From positions 1 to 44,475 of the IMG/VR virus record IMGVR_UViG_3300017691_000001: a stretch of DNA of 44,475 bases. One strand, written 5' to 3'. Below the pieces are notes generated by a model, which was given only the letters and a program-made list of their open reading frames with translations, did no database searches and was not told the origin of the DNA. This document shows positions 7,805 to 17,242 of this stretch, one piece after another. A program made the position numbers and the translations under genes. How positions within the stretch are numbered: position 1 is the stretch's first letter; the number at the start of each line of letters is the position of its first letter. The DNA comes from a virus.

Positions 7805-10389
7805 TGATCGTTCCTGTTCTGCGGCGTGGTGCGCGTCAAGTTGATACCGGTAGGTACCAGCCGGCCACTCGTCCCGCTGTCGATATATTCACGCACGAAA
7901 TCCCGTGCTTGTTCGTCCAGGCGGCGGCTTGTCTCCGCGCGACCGTCATAGGACGTGATGCCCTCCAGCGTGCGCCGCGTGGCTGCGATTTCTTTGCCCT
8001 TGGCAGCAAGCCCGGCAAAGGCGTTCACCGCGCCCCCGACGCCAGGGATCGCGCCCGCAAAACGCAGCGTGCCCTGTCGCAGATAGTTGATGATCTTCGT
8101 CGCCGTGCCGCTGGGGTTTGTCGTGCCACTGATCGGAATGGTAGCCGTGCCGATGATGCGGCGCAGCTTCATCAGTCCGTTAAACTCTTCCGCGTCCAGC
8201 AGCTCACGCAGTTTATCGACGCCGAACGTCTCAATAGCGCTGTTCAGCTTTGCTCCCGACACCACGTCACCAATCTGACCACCGCCATGATTGATGTTGC
8301 GGCTGATAGCTTTATCGAAAATATCCGCCAGCCCCTGATGCTGGATTGCCCGCCACGCCGTTTGTGACGTGGGGTGGTTGCTTGACAAGAGCAGCGACTT
8401 GACGCGGCGAAGGTTGGTCACGCCTTCCTTGCCGGCACCGACAACCTGTGCGATGGCCCGCTCCGGCAGCATCACATCTGTCTGCGTGCCCTTTTTGACC
8501 GCGATCAGGTTCTCGACAATGTCCTTGGCGTTGAACGTCTGCCGCTGCGTGCGGTGGGCATCGCGTGCCACACGGTAAGCATCACCAATGCCACCCTCGC
8601 GGGTTGCTGCATTCTCGATAGCGGCTTCTAACGCGTCATCAATGGCGGGCTTGATAGCCTGAGATGCCCGTGTGGGATCGCTCAGATACAGCCGATTGAT
8701 GGCCTTGCGCATGGCATCCGCAGACGACGCGGTAAGATCTTTGACCGGCCCACGGAACGACACAGCCGACCCGTCGTCCAACGTGACGCGGGTAATGCCC
8801 GCTTCGTTGATCGGACCAGCTTCGCCGATGATGCCATAACGAGCCAGTTCTTGCGCTACCGACTTCTTGACGGCTTCCGGTACGGCTTCGTCAATCAGCA
8901 CATCGGTCGCCGCATCACGAATGCCCGCAGTCTCCAGCTTCAGCCCCTCACCGCCCAATTCCTCGGCTTGGCGATAAAGCTGATTGACGCCCTCGCGGCC
9001 GTTGTCACGTAGCGCCTTGACCGCTTCCTTGACCTGTGCACCCCGATCGGCCGCATTGCCTGCATCCGTGCCGAATGCCGACCGGAACCGCGTAATAGCG
9101 CCCTGGATCTGCTCTTGCTGGTCACGAAAGAAACCGCGCGCCTGTTCGCCTTCCTTAGTAGCCGAAACGCGCAAGGCATTTTCGTCGTTCTGAACGTCGA
9201 AATCCTGCTCCGCCTGGCCACGGCTCAGCCGCACGCCTTCGGACTGCGCTTCGTCATACCGCTCGCGCGCCGTGGTAGGCACAGTGGGCGCTACATCATC
9301 CGCTTGGCCTGCCGGAATACGCTCAGAGATAGCATCGACCAGCCGCTGGTTCTGGCCCGCCAGATCCGGCACGTCTTGCGGTGCCACTGGCGTTGTTGGG
9401 CCGCTTTCAGGTAGCGCCACGTTCTCGCCAGCAGGCCGATTGCGGAAAGCCTCGCGTCCGGCTTGACGCTCTTGCGGAGAACGGCGACCGGGTGAATTCT
9501 GTACCGTGCGAGCGCGCGCGTATGATTGCGCCAGATCATCTTCGTCCACGCCCGCTCGCAACGCCAACTCATGCGCATCAGGCGTCAGCGTGCCACGGCT
9601 AGTCAGCGCCAACTCGGCAGGCAATCGGCTGATGATCTTTTGAATAGCGGTAGCGCCGGCTAGTCCGCCTGCCAGCCCCCCCGCTACAGCGCCAGCCGTA
9701 CCGCCATATTGCTGACCCACCTCAGAACCGCCGCCGCCAGTGACACCTGACACCAGATCAACCACAGGAGCGGCGGCAACCTGTCGGGCGACATAGCCCG
9801 TCAGGCCACCAGCGGCAGCCCCGACAGCTGCACCAGCGCCAGCCCCGGCAATACCAGCCGCACCGCCACGACCGGCCATGCTCAGGATGCGCTCTTGGTC
9901 GGTCACGGCCTCGGGAGCGCCCGTCCAGTCGCGGAATGTCTGACCGAGATCCGTGCTAAGGTTCGTTCCGGCAACGTAATTGATGCCAGCGTTGAGCGGG
10001 TTCGCCACGATGCCGAGCAGATCGCCTACGCCAGCGGCAACGTCGCCGACACCACGATAAAGAGCTTGTCCTGCCGTCTCAGGTGCGGCGTTAGCAGTCG
10101 TCGCACCATCGGTGACATGCACGCCGAAGTCACGCCCCTGCTTGGCAGCGGCAATGGCTTCGTCAATGCCTTGCGCTTGTGCCGGGTCTACACCCTGTGA
10201 CCGCAAGAACGAGTCCACCACATCGCGGCGGCCAGTCTTGATCGCAGCCGCCAGCTTCTGCCGGTAAACCTTCTGGTCCATCGGTGCGGCTTGCGCGGGC
10301 TCGATTGCCACGTCCGCCGGCAACTCCTCATAGCCTTGCGGGATGGGATCGATCTGTGCGTCTGCCGGGAGTTCTTCGAAGCCGTCCAT
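7801..10389 (-). CDS. Large internal virion / DNA-ejection protein (about 862 aa)
   Basis: Occupies the position of the P22 ejection proteins. Duplicated EELPAD motif at the N-terminus. Long Gly/Ala-rich hydrophobic stretch (GRGGAAGIAGAGAGAAVGAAAGGLTG...). ATG 10389 shares one base with the upstream TGA. The track start at 10392 is GTG. Confidence 0.8.
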   Translation of the reverse strand: MDGFEELPADAQIDPIPQGYEELPADVAIEPAQAAPMDQKVYRQKLAAAIKTGRRDVVDSFLRSQGVDPAQAQGIDEAIAAAKQGRDFGVHVTDGATTANAAPETAGQALYRGVGDVAAGVGDLLGIVANPLNAGINYVAGTNLSTDLGQTFRDWTGAPEAVTDQERILSMAGRGGAAGIAGAGAGAAVGAAAGGLTGYVARQVAAAPVVDLVSGVTGGGGSEVGQQYGGTAGAVAGGLAGGLAGATAIQKIISRLPAELALTSRGTLTPDAHELALRAGVDEDDLAQSYARARTVQNSPGRRSPQERQAGREAFRNRPAGENVALPESGPTTPVAPQDVPDLAGQNQRLVDAISERIPAGQADDVAPTVPTTARERYDEAQSEGVRLSRGQAEQDFDVQNDENALRVSATKEGEQARGFFRDQQEQIQGAITRFRSAFGTDAGNAADRGAQVKEAVKALRDNGREGVNQLYRQAEELGGEGLKLETAGIRDAATDVLIDEAVPEAVKKSVAQELARYGIIGEAGPINEAGITRVTLDDGSAVSFRGPVKDLTASSADAMRKAINRLYLSDPTRASQAIKPAIDDALEAAIENAATREGGIGDAYRVARDAHRTQRQTFNAKDIVENLIAVKKGTQTDVMLPERAIAQVVGAGKEGVTNLRRVKSLLLSSNHPTSQTAWRAIQHQGLADIFDKAISRNINHGGGQIGDVVSGAKLNSAIETFGVDKLRELLDAEEFNGLMKLRRIIGTATIPISGTTNPSGTATKIINYLRQGTLRFAGAIPGVGGAVNAFAGLAAKGKEIAATRRTLEGITSYDGRAETSRRLDEQARDFVREYIDSGTSGRLVPTGINLTRTTPQNRNDQ

Positions 10390-12341
10390 CACTTGGCCAC
10401 CACGCGCTTGCCGTTGGGCAATTGGAACACCTGCCTGCCTTGGTACATACCGATCAGCTTACCGCCTTGGGGAGCCGCTGTCTTGGGAGTTTGCCGTCCC
10501 GCTGCGCCACCTGCGCCGCTGATGTTGCCACGCAACCGGTCAAGCTGCGTATCCAGCGCAATTACGCGATTATGCCCATCAATCTGCATTTGCCGAATAG
10601 CAGCACGAAGCTGCGGCAACGTCTGTGCATTGTTGAGAATTTCCATGGCTTCATGGCGGGCGCTATCGGACGTGACCGCGCCGCCAGAAGCGCCAGATGC
10701 CAGCTTGGCGTATTCATTCGCAGCAGTGTTCACCGCCACGTTAAACGCCGAGACAGCCGGATCGCCTGATACGTTTTTGCGCCCCGCCTGTATCCAGCGG
10801 TTGAAGATTGGCGAGCTGCCGCCAACCCCCTGAGGAGCGAGCCGCAGCACCTCCTTGACGTTGCGCTGAAACGTATCATCGAAGCCAACCGTGGCCGTGT
10901 ATTGCTTCTGCGCCTGCAACAGTGCCGAGCGGTTAGCCTTTACATCAGCTTGAGCTAGGTTGCTGTCACCGCCGCTGATACCACGCCCGTTCTGGATCTG
11001 CGCCGCCTTCTGAAGGATAGCGCGACGCCACTGCGACGACTCTTTGCCGGAGCCAAGCTGCGGGAGGTCGCCGCCAGCTGCAATCTTCTGTGCGTAGAAG
11101 TTAACCGTCTCCTGATCCACCTCATTGGGCGCACCAGGCTTGGACGTGAACAACACCTTTGCGCCACCGCCGCTGCTAGCGGGAGCGTTGCCCGTCCCCC
11201 CAGACGACGAACCCGGCCCACCTTCAACACGGGAAATGATCGACTGAAGCTGTGCAATACGGTCCTTGCCGATCACGTCGCCCGGCTTCACGCCAAGCGT
11301 CGACGCCACGGTACGGATGTAGGCGTTCGTATCGTTGTTATCGCTAGGCGGGGCCCAGCGATTGACGATCTTTGCCACCGTATTGTAGCCGCGATCGATA
11401 TACGACTCCAGCAACGCACCTTGCGCCGCTGCGCCGCTGGTCGGGCTGTCGAAGATCGCAAAACCGCCGCTGTCGACGCCGGCGAAACCGGGCAGCTTGC
11501 GCGTAAAGGCGCTGGCCTTCAGATTACCGGGATTGTTGTTTCGGACGCTGCGGGGCGCACCGCTTCCACCAGTCGCCCCGCCACCGCCAGATGCTTGACC
11601 ACCTCCTTCCGCTCCGCTGACTTGAACGATGGACTCCGAACCGTCTGCGTTCTTGATAGTACGATATTCGGTTTCAGGATCTCGGTAATCCGTGACCCAC
11701 TGCCCATTATCGTCATAATGCCCGATCGCACGGCCGACCACCTGACCCTTGCGAGTGCCGTCGCCGATGCTTTCATTGCGCTTCTGAACATTCGCCGCCG
11801 CCGTGTCAGGGTTAACAGCCGCCAGCAGCCCGTAGACGATACCGTTTGCCGCCTTGATCTGCGCCGGATCTTTGCTGGCCAGCATATCGCGCAACTCAAC
11901 GTCGTTTTCGTCCGGCTCCATACCCGCCGCACGATCGGCCGCGATATGCCGTTCGACCTCTGCCAATGCGCGGTCCGTCTGTCCGTTTTGCAACAGCGCC
12001 TGGATGGGAGCAAGCTGGCGCACCACACCGGCGCGCTTGTCCTCACCCACAGCCTTGGCGGCTTGGTTGATGGTCTGTGCGAACTTAGGGAAGCGCAGTC
12101 CTAGCTGGTATAGCTTGTCAGGCGTCGGCTTCTCGCCAAGACCCGTCAACGCGGTCTGAAAGGCACCTTGCTCCTGCACGGCGGCAGCTTGCTGCTGCTG
12201 CTGGAGCGCCATCTCCTGCTGCACCGACTGGTTGCGCAGCGCCAGCCCCTGGTTTTGCAAGTCCTGCGTCTGCTGGTCGCGAAACGACGGCACCAGCCGC
12301 TGCGCTGCCCCTAGTGCCTGTGCGTAGTCGCTCAGTTGCAC
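10389..12341 (-). CDS. Internal virion / ejection protein with a conserved RNNNPGN-type domain (possible cell-wall-active domain)
   Basis: 650-aa ORF with a GTG start right after the upstream TAA. Gln-rich coiled N-terminus. SVRNNNPGNLKA...GFAIFDSPTSGAAAQGALLESYI...IVNRWAPPSDNNDTNAYI is a motif I recall from podophage virion proteins. Its function is not established here. Confidence 0.78.
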   Translation of the reverse strand: MQLSDYAQALGAAQRLVPSFRDQQTQDLQNQGLALRNQSVQQEMALQQQQQAAAVQEQGAFQTALTGLGEKPTPDKLYQLGLRFPKFAQTINQAAKAVGEDKRAGVVRQLAPIQALLQNGQTDRALAEVERHIAADRAAGMEPDENDVELRDMLASKDPAQIKAANGIVYGLLAAVNPDTAAANVQKRNESIGDGTRKGQVVGRAIGHYDDNGQWVTDYRDPETEYRTIKNADGSESIVQVSGAEGGGQASGGGGATGGSGAPRSVRNNNPGNLKASAFTRKLPGFAGVDSGGFAIFDSPTSGAAAQGALLESYIDRGYNTVAKIVNRWAPPSDNNDTNAYIRTVASTLGVKPGDVIGKDRIAQLQSIISRVEGGPGSSSGGTGNAPASSGGGAKVLFTSKPGAPNEVDQETVNFYAQKIAAGGDLPQLGSGKESSQWRRAILQKAAQIQNGRGISGGDSNLAQADVKANRSALLQAQKQYTATVGFDDTFQRNVKEVLRLAPQGVGGSSPIFNRWIQAGRKNVSGDPAVSAFNVAVNTAANEYAKLASGASGGAVTSDSARHEAMEILNNAQTLPQLRAAIRQMQIDGHNRVIALDTQLDRLRGNISGAGGAAGRQTPKTAAPQGGKLIGMYQGRQVFQLPNGKRVVAK

Positions 12342-13004
12342 TTAAAAGATACTCCCCAGCGCCTTGCCCAAGCTAAATCCGCCACCGCCGCCCGGCATGG
12401 CGGCTCCCGCCGCACTGTCGAGAAATCCGCCGATGTTGTTCCAGTTGGCGGCGTTGATGCCGCCCTTGGTCAGGTAGTTCGCAGCCTGTGCCTGACCGAT
12501 GCCGATAGCGTTCTGCCCAGCGTTCTGCGCATTGGCAGCGCCAAAGCTGGATACCGAGCCCGTGGCTCCAAGCCCAAGCTGAGCAAGATTGCCATAGCCG
12601 GACAGGGCGTTCTGGTAATAGCTCTGCAGCAGCGCCGGGCTAAGCTGCCCGATGGCCCCCGCCGTGTTGCCGCCTCGCACTCCACCAGTGGCAGACGCAG
12701 ACTGCAGCAGCCCCGTGGTGGCGTCATCCAAATTCTGTTGGAAAAACGGGTCGGCCTTTAGGCCCTGAACCGCCAGCCCCTGCGCATCCGCGCCATTGGC
12801 ACCGATCAGATTGCCATATGACCCAATCGCCGCCGTACCCGCTTGAGTATAAGGCATGTAATCGGCACGGGTCTGCTGAAATTGCTGATTGCCGATGTCG
12901 GTCGCACGGTTCAGCGCATCGGTTTGCGCCTGCATCGCCTTCTGGCTGGCTTTCTTCTGAGAACCCCCGCCGAAGATCCCGCCGATTACAGAAAACAGAC
13001 CCAC
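12342..13004 (-). CDS. Gly/Ala/Gln-rich internal virion protein (220 aa)
   Basis: GTG start preceded by AGAGGTG. Low-complexity GGIFGGGSQKK...PGGGGGFSLGKALGSIF. Lies between the needle-position gene and the ejection proteins. Confidence 0.72.
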   Translation of the reverse strand: MGLFSVIGGIFGGGSQKKASQKAMQAQTDALNRATDIGNQQFQQTRADYMPYTQAGTAAIGSYGNLIGANGADAQGLAVQGLKADPFFQQNLDDATTGLLQSASATGGVRGGNTAGAIGQLSPALLQSYYQNALSGYGNLAQLGLGATGSVSSFGAANAQNAGQNAIGIGQAQAANYLTKGGINAANWNNIGGFLDSAAGAAMPGGGGGFSLGKALGSIF

Positions 13005-13075
13005 TGGAACGCACCTCTATGTCGAGATATGCCCTGGCGCAGGCTATGCGTTCTGCCAATACGCGGCACGCTACA

Positions 13076-13600
13076 CTAGCCTTGCCGCAGTTTCAAGAAC
13101 CCTTGCACAGTGTACACCGTTCCCGCCGGAAGATTGGCAGCGACCGCCGCTTCTTCCGTGGCGTACTCGGTAACACCCGACAATATCGGGGCCTGCAACG
13201 TCTTCTGAAATAGCGTCTCAGGCTGATCCGCCGTGGCTAGAAGCCCCCGATAAGGCACCTGTACCTGCGTATCCTGGGTTACCGTCAGGTTGAGAACAAA
13301 GCCGCCAAGGACGTGCGACACCTGATCGTTGACGAAAAGCGTCAGCGTGGAGCCATCGTCCTTTGCGCTAATGCCAGCGCCGACCTGTAGCACCCGCTCA
13401 TTGGCGAACGCGGCGTTTGGCGACAACACCAAGACCGTGGCGTCGTTGATCGTTTCAGTGGCGTCGATATTGGACGCCAACCGCGTGGCGGCTTCCTCGC
13501 TCATGGCAGCTTCGGCCTCGAACGCCCTGATAGCACGCAAATCGCCGCCAAGCGCGTGGGATAGGATGTCGCGGGGGAGGGAGGAGATACCGTTAGGCAT
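13076..13600 (-). CDS. Hypothetical virion protein at the P22 gp26 (tail needle/plug) position
   Basis: ATG start. Synteny only, directly after the gp10-like gene. I could not verify sequence similarity to gp26. Confidence 0.6.
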   Translation of the reverse strand: MPNGISSLPRDILSHALGGDLRAIRAFEAEAAMSEEAATRLASNIDATETINDATVLVLSPNAAFANERVLQVGAGISAKDDGSTLTLFVNDQVSHVLGGFVLNLTVTQDTQVQVPYRGLLATADQPETLFQKTLQAPILSGVTEYATEEAAVAANLPAGTVYTVQGFLKLRQG

Positions 13601-14984
13601 TCAACCCCCTTACCCCCATCTCGCAAGCCGCCCACCCGGCCGCCATGGCGCTATAGCCCCGGAAACGCACGCCCATGTAATTCCGCACTCGCGCATGAGG
13701 TCGCCACTGTACGCGCTTGTACCGCTCGCCAGTCTTGCCGGCCGATACCGCACGCTCTGGCGTAAATGTCTCCCCATCGCGCGAATAAGACATGAACACG
13801 TCCGCGCCCAAGCTATCATCACCTCGCCCTGGCAAGCCGACCAGCTCGATACGGTCAATAATCGCACCGCGCGCCTGGTTATAGACAAAGCCCACGTCAA
13901 ACTGCCACTGCGCCGGCTCGCCGAAGTGCCGCGTCGCTACATCACGCAGCGAGCCGATCGCGCCGCTGGTCAGATCACCGACAAGAAACCGGTTATAGGC
14001 GAACACCGCCCAACGGATACGATATGCTTTGCCGATACCGGACTGGCATCGATACCAGATGGGCTCTCCGGCCTTCTCTGTGGCCTTGGCGAGGAACACC
14101 CACGTCTCTTCCGGCAGGTGCACCAGCAACCGTAATTCGTCGCGCGAGATGCGCTTTTCCAGCACAATCTGGGACGGCGTGGCAACGCGCGCCAAGGCAT
14201 CATCCACCACGCGCGTGCTGATCTTGCTGGACGTGGCAGATCCGGCGACATGCACGCCCAACGCATCGCTGCGAGATGACCCCACGAACGCGAACGTCTC
14301 ACCAAACAACGTCTTGGCCTGCGTGCCAACGCACCCCGTCTGGATCGTGGCCCCCTCGACCACTTGAAACGGAAACTGCGCCCCGCCGACATTCTGGAAC
14401 ACCTGTATCGTGTCCGTGCCCAGCACATATACCTCACCGCGTAGCTTGATCAGACCGACGATGGGATCGGGGTCAGCTTCCGCGCTGGCATACTTCAGCG
14501 GCTTCACTTCGAAAGGGTCATTAATCTCGGTAACCCCAAGATACTTGCCATCCGTGAACGCGGTATAGCCGTCTACCCACAGGCTATCGACGACTGCGCC
14601 CAAGTCGGTGTCGGTAACTTGGCGCAGAGCGCTGCCATCGTAGTACCAAAGCGCCGTACCGCTGCGGATAATAAGGCGATCGAACGAATAATCCAGCGAG
14701 GCCGTCCCCGCACCTCCCACTGACCCAATGGTCTGGACCGCACCGCCTGCATTCACCGATACCAGCCATTCGCCCATCACCGCATAGTAGAGGTCGTTCC
14801 ACACGATAGCCGCGCGCATGGGCGCAGGACCAGCGGCAAAATCTTCGGTGCCGGCCGTATGCCGCAATTGCCCTTTGGATACGCCGCTATCAATGATTAT
14901 GGGCTCTAGATTGAGCGGGTGCGATAGCTGAAACTCAGCCGCCTCGTTCGTTGTGATGCCATGCAATAGCGGGACCGCGACCAT
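13593..14984 (-). CDS. P22 gp10-like packaged-DNA stabilisation / tail hub protein
   Basis: 463 aa, against 472 aa for P22 gp10. Segments alignable by eye to remembered gp10: FPFQVVEGATIQTGCVGTQAKTLFGETFAFVGS, RDELRLLVHLPEETWVF, and C-terminal YKRVQWRP..RVRNYMGVRFRG. Confidence 0.85.
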   Translation of the reverse strand: MVAVPLLHGITTNEAAEFQLSHPLNLEPIIIDSGVSKGQLRHTAGTEDFAAGPAPMRAAIVWNDLYYAVMGEWLVSVNAGGAVQTIGSVGGAGTASLDYSFDRLIIRSGTALWYYDGSALRQVTDTDLGAVVDSLWVDGYTAFTDGKYLGVTEINDPFEVKPLKYASAEADPDPIVGLIKLRGEVYVLGTDTIQVFQNVGGAQFPFQVVEGATIQTGCVGTQAKTLFGETFAFVGSSRSDALGVHVAGSATSSKISTRVVDDALARVATPSQIVLEKRISRDELRLLVHLPEETWVFLAKATEKAGEPIWYRCQSGIGKAYRIRWAVFAYNRFLVGDLTSGAIGSLRDVATRHFGEPAQWQFDVGFVYNQARGAIIDRIELVGLPGRGDDSLGADVFMSYSRDGETFTPERAVSAGKTGERYKRVQWRPHARVRNYMGVRFRGYSAMAAGWAACEMGVRGLNA

Positions 14985-15442
14985 CAGTCAGACCCGGTGT
15001 AAGGCGCGTTGATGCCCCAGCCAAGTGAGCGATGACCTGTGCCACGCACTGTGCGCGCCGGAAACTCCACACAAGGAATGGTCGCGATCTGTGATTGCAG
15101 GTTCATCAGCGAGCGCGCCGCCGTCGCCTTATACTCAGGCGGCAGCGACACCCCGATGCCTGGCGCGATCCGCATCGCCAGATACTGCGCTACGGTGTTG
15201 ATCGCGAAGTCCGGCAGCCCCGAATTACCATCCGCCTGACCTACGCCATAAGCCGGTTGTGAATAGCCTAGCTGCGCCCACGGCTCTTCCAGCATCAGCG
15301 CGTTGAGCTTGCGCAATGCCATGGACTGCTCTTCCGGCGTGCGATCGAACTCATACCCCGCCAGTCCGCAATCATCGAAAGCCAGCTCGATGATGTCGCG
15401 CTTAGGCCGGCCGGATACGAGAATGTGGGCGGTGACGGTCAT
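14984..15442 (-). CDS. P22 gp4-like head-to-tail adaptor
   Basis: 152 aa. PEEQSMALRKLNALMLE and VAQYLAMRIAPGIG parallel P22 gp4 EPQSMQDAVDDLEAMMAE and FHNLACRIAPDY. Synteny with the gp10-like gene. Confidence 0.8.
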   Translation of the reverse strand: MTVTAHILVSGRPKRDIIELAFDDCGLAGYEFDRTPEEQSMALRKLNALMLEEPWAQLGYSQPAYGVGQADGNSGLPDFAINTVAQYLAMRIAPGIGVSLPPEYKATAARSLMNLQSQIATIPCVEFPARTVRGTGHRSLGWGINAPYTGSD

Positions 15443-15999
15443 TACACCACCTTATAGACGGAAATCGGGATAGCAACCGTTGTGGCAACACCCAAGGTCG
15501 GCACCAGTGCGCCCACGTTCAGCGTATTAGCGGCGCTGACGTACACGTCTTGCAATGAACCGTTCTGCGGCACGCCATTAAGAACCGCCACAATCTTGTC
15601 TGTCGTAACCACCCCTGTTGCTGTGATTGGATAACGTCGAACCGCCAGAGCCAGCGTTACTAGACCGCTTTCGCCAACCGTATAATTGCCCACCAACACC
15701 AGCCGGCCGGCGGGCATAGCATGGACGTGATCTTCGCGGCTGGCATTGCTGGAGGTGCCAGAGGCAGCGGTGCCCAGAGGTTGCGGCGTGGCCGTGCCTA
15801 GCGGGGTTGCCGCCGGAATAGTTGGCCTATCCGTTATATCCGCCCAAAGATGGGTATGGGCGCTAGGGGGGAATGTCGTTGGCTTGCCGGTAATGTCGCC
15901 CCAAGCGTGCGTGTGCGCTGATGGTGGAAACGCGGTCGGTTTGCCCGGAAGCGTGTCCCACGTCACCTTGGGCGGCAGCGTAGGGTTTTTAGCTCCCAT
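15442..15999 (-). CDS. Fibre-repeat protein (185 aa) with two GKPTxFPPSAHTHxWxDIT repeats
   Basis: ATG 15999 (TAATG overlap) chosen over the longer track ORF. Tandem PSAHTHAWGDITGKP / PSAHTHLWADITDRP resembles the phage tail fibre repeat (SxHxH...DI). Confidence 0.7.
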   Translation of the reverse strand: MGAKNPTLPPKVTWDTLPGKPTAFPPSAHTHAWGDITGKPTTFPPSAHTHLWADITDRPTIPAATPLGTATPQPLGTAASGTSSNASREDHVHAMPAGRLVLVGNYTVGESGLVTLALAVRRYPITATGVVTTDKIVAVLNGVPQNGSLQDVYVSAANTLNVGALVPTLGVATTVAIPISVYKVV

Positions 16000-16403
16000 T
16001 ACGACCCACTCCCGTAGATCATAACTAAGCGCGTGCGGATGCCGGTAAAAAGCCACGTCCCATTATTCGGATCACGCACCATAAAGCCCGGCTCGTCGTC
16101 GCCCTGCGCCGCGATAAAGTTCGGCATCTGCGTGCGGCCGATATACGTGGCACCTGGACCGATATAATGACCCTTGCCACGCAAATCCGATGGCATGTCG
16201 GTAGCCGACCCGGTCCAACCTGCATACCACACCCAAAACGGGTTAGGATTGTTCATCAGGAACGTGGTGACCCCCTTGCCAGTCATAGGGGGCACCACCG
16301 TAGCAACCGGATCAGGGCCAACCGGGATGATGACAGGCGCTACTGTCAACTCACGACGGAACGGCTGAATTGACGTGTCCATAGGCATCAGGACTTCACC
16401 CAT
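15999..16403 (-). CDS. Hypothetical virion-module protein (134 aa)
   Basis: ATG ORF. An alternative in-frame ATG at 16388 shares a base with the upstream stop. Confidence 0.62.
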   Translation of the reverse strand: MGEVLMPMDTSIQPFRRELTVAPVIIPVGPDPVATVVPPMTGKGVTTFLMNNPNPFWVWYAGWTGSATDMPSDLRGKGHYIGPGATYIGRTQMPNFIAAQGDDEPGFMVRDPNNGTWLFTGIRTRLVMIYGSGS

Positions 16404-16702
16404 CCGCTATCGGTCTTCTGGACCCCGTTGACGTAGGTATAGGTGCGGGTCCAAGTGTTGCCGCCGTCCATTACCACATCCCCGACAAGATTGCCCGCGC
16501 CGTCGTAGTTGAACGTGTGCGCCTTGTACGTCGGCACAATATCGCCGTTGGTATCCAGATCGACACCGCCAGAGCCCGCGCTGACAGGCGCGCCGGCAAA
16601 ATTCACCAGCACAAATGCCGGAACGATGTACCGCGACCCATCCGCCAATGTCACCGGCAACCCTACGCCGTTATCACTGCCAATGCGCTGCAAGTCAGTC
16701 AC
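16388..16702 (-). CDS. Hypothetical virion-module protein (104 aa)
   Basis: GTG-start ORF in the late operon. No motif recognised. Confidence 0.62.
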   Translation of the reverse strand: MTDLQRIGSDNGVGLPVTLADGSRYIVPAFVLVNFAGAPVSAGSGGVDLDTNGDIVPTYKAHTFNYDGAGNLVGDVVMDGGNTWTRTYTYVNGVQKTDSGWVKS

Positions 16703-16723
16703 GGCCTACCCCCGAAACAAAGT

Positions 16724-16745
16724 GGGGCGACCCTAAAGCCGCCCC
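16724..16745 (-). terminator. Candidate intrinsic terminator after the coat gene and the 157-aa gene
   Basis: Minus-strand GGGGCG-gctttagggt-CGCCCC (6-bp GC stem) followed by ACTTTGTTTCG. Lies in the 51-nt gap after the stop at 16754. Confidence 0.5.
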
Positions 16746-16753
16746 GGTACGCG

Positions 16754-17227
16754 TTACAGATCGCTGATGCTGGTCAGGTCGTTGGTATACGACGGACCAC
16801 CGCCAGGCAATTCGTCCGCCTTCAGCTTCAGGCGCTTCATCATCGCCTTGACGTAAGGCGTGCGGTTCTGGCCATTGCGCTCCAGCGCAAGCAGGCCATA
16901 GACCTTCTCATCCGGAATGGAGGTCTGGCCCTTGTTCAGATCCTCCTTGCCCGGTTTGGTGGACATCAGATCTTCGAAAGCGTCGACACCAAGCGCGAGA
17001 TTGTGCGCATAGGGCTGGCTTTCCTCGGCGCTCAGATACTGCGTCGAGGGCGGCTCACCGGGCAGATTGCCATCGGTCAGCGACCGATGCACATCCTTGG
17101 CGATGTCCTTGACATCTTCCTTGGAGCCTTCGTTGCGAGCCTTGGCCAGTTCCGCGTCGGACAGCGCGATGCCATCGGCCGCGTTGTCCTTCAGGTTCTC
17201 TTCGCTGGGGTTCTTGGGGTTTGCCAT
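16754..17227 (-). CDS. Acidic hypothetical protein downstream of the coat gene (157 aa); possible head decoration or accessory protein
   Basis: ATG preceded by GGGAG. Position is the only functional clue. Confidence 0.68.
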   Translation of the reverse strand: MANPKNPSEENLKDNAADGIALSDAELAKARNEGSKEDVKDIAKDVHRSLTDGNLPGEPPSTQYLSAEESQPYAHNLALGVDAFEDLMSTKPGKEDLNKGQTSIPDEKVYGLLALERNGQNRTPYVKAMMKRLKLKADELPGGGPSYTNDLTSISDL

Positions 17228-17242
17228 GTCGTTACGCTCCCG

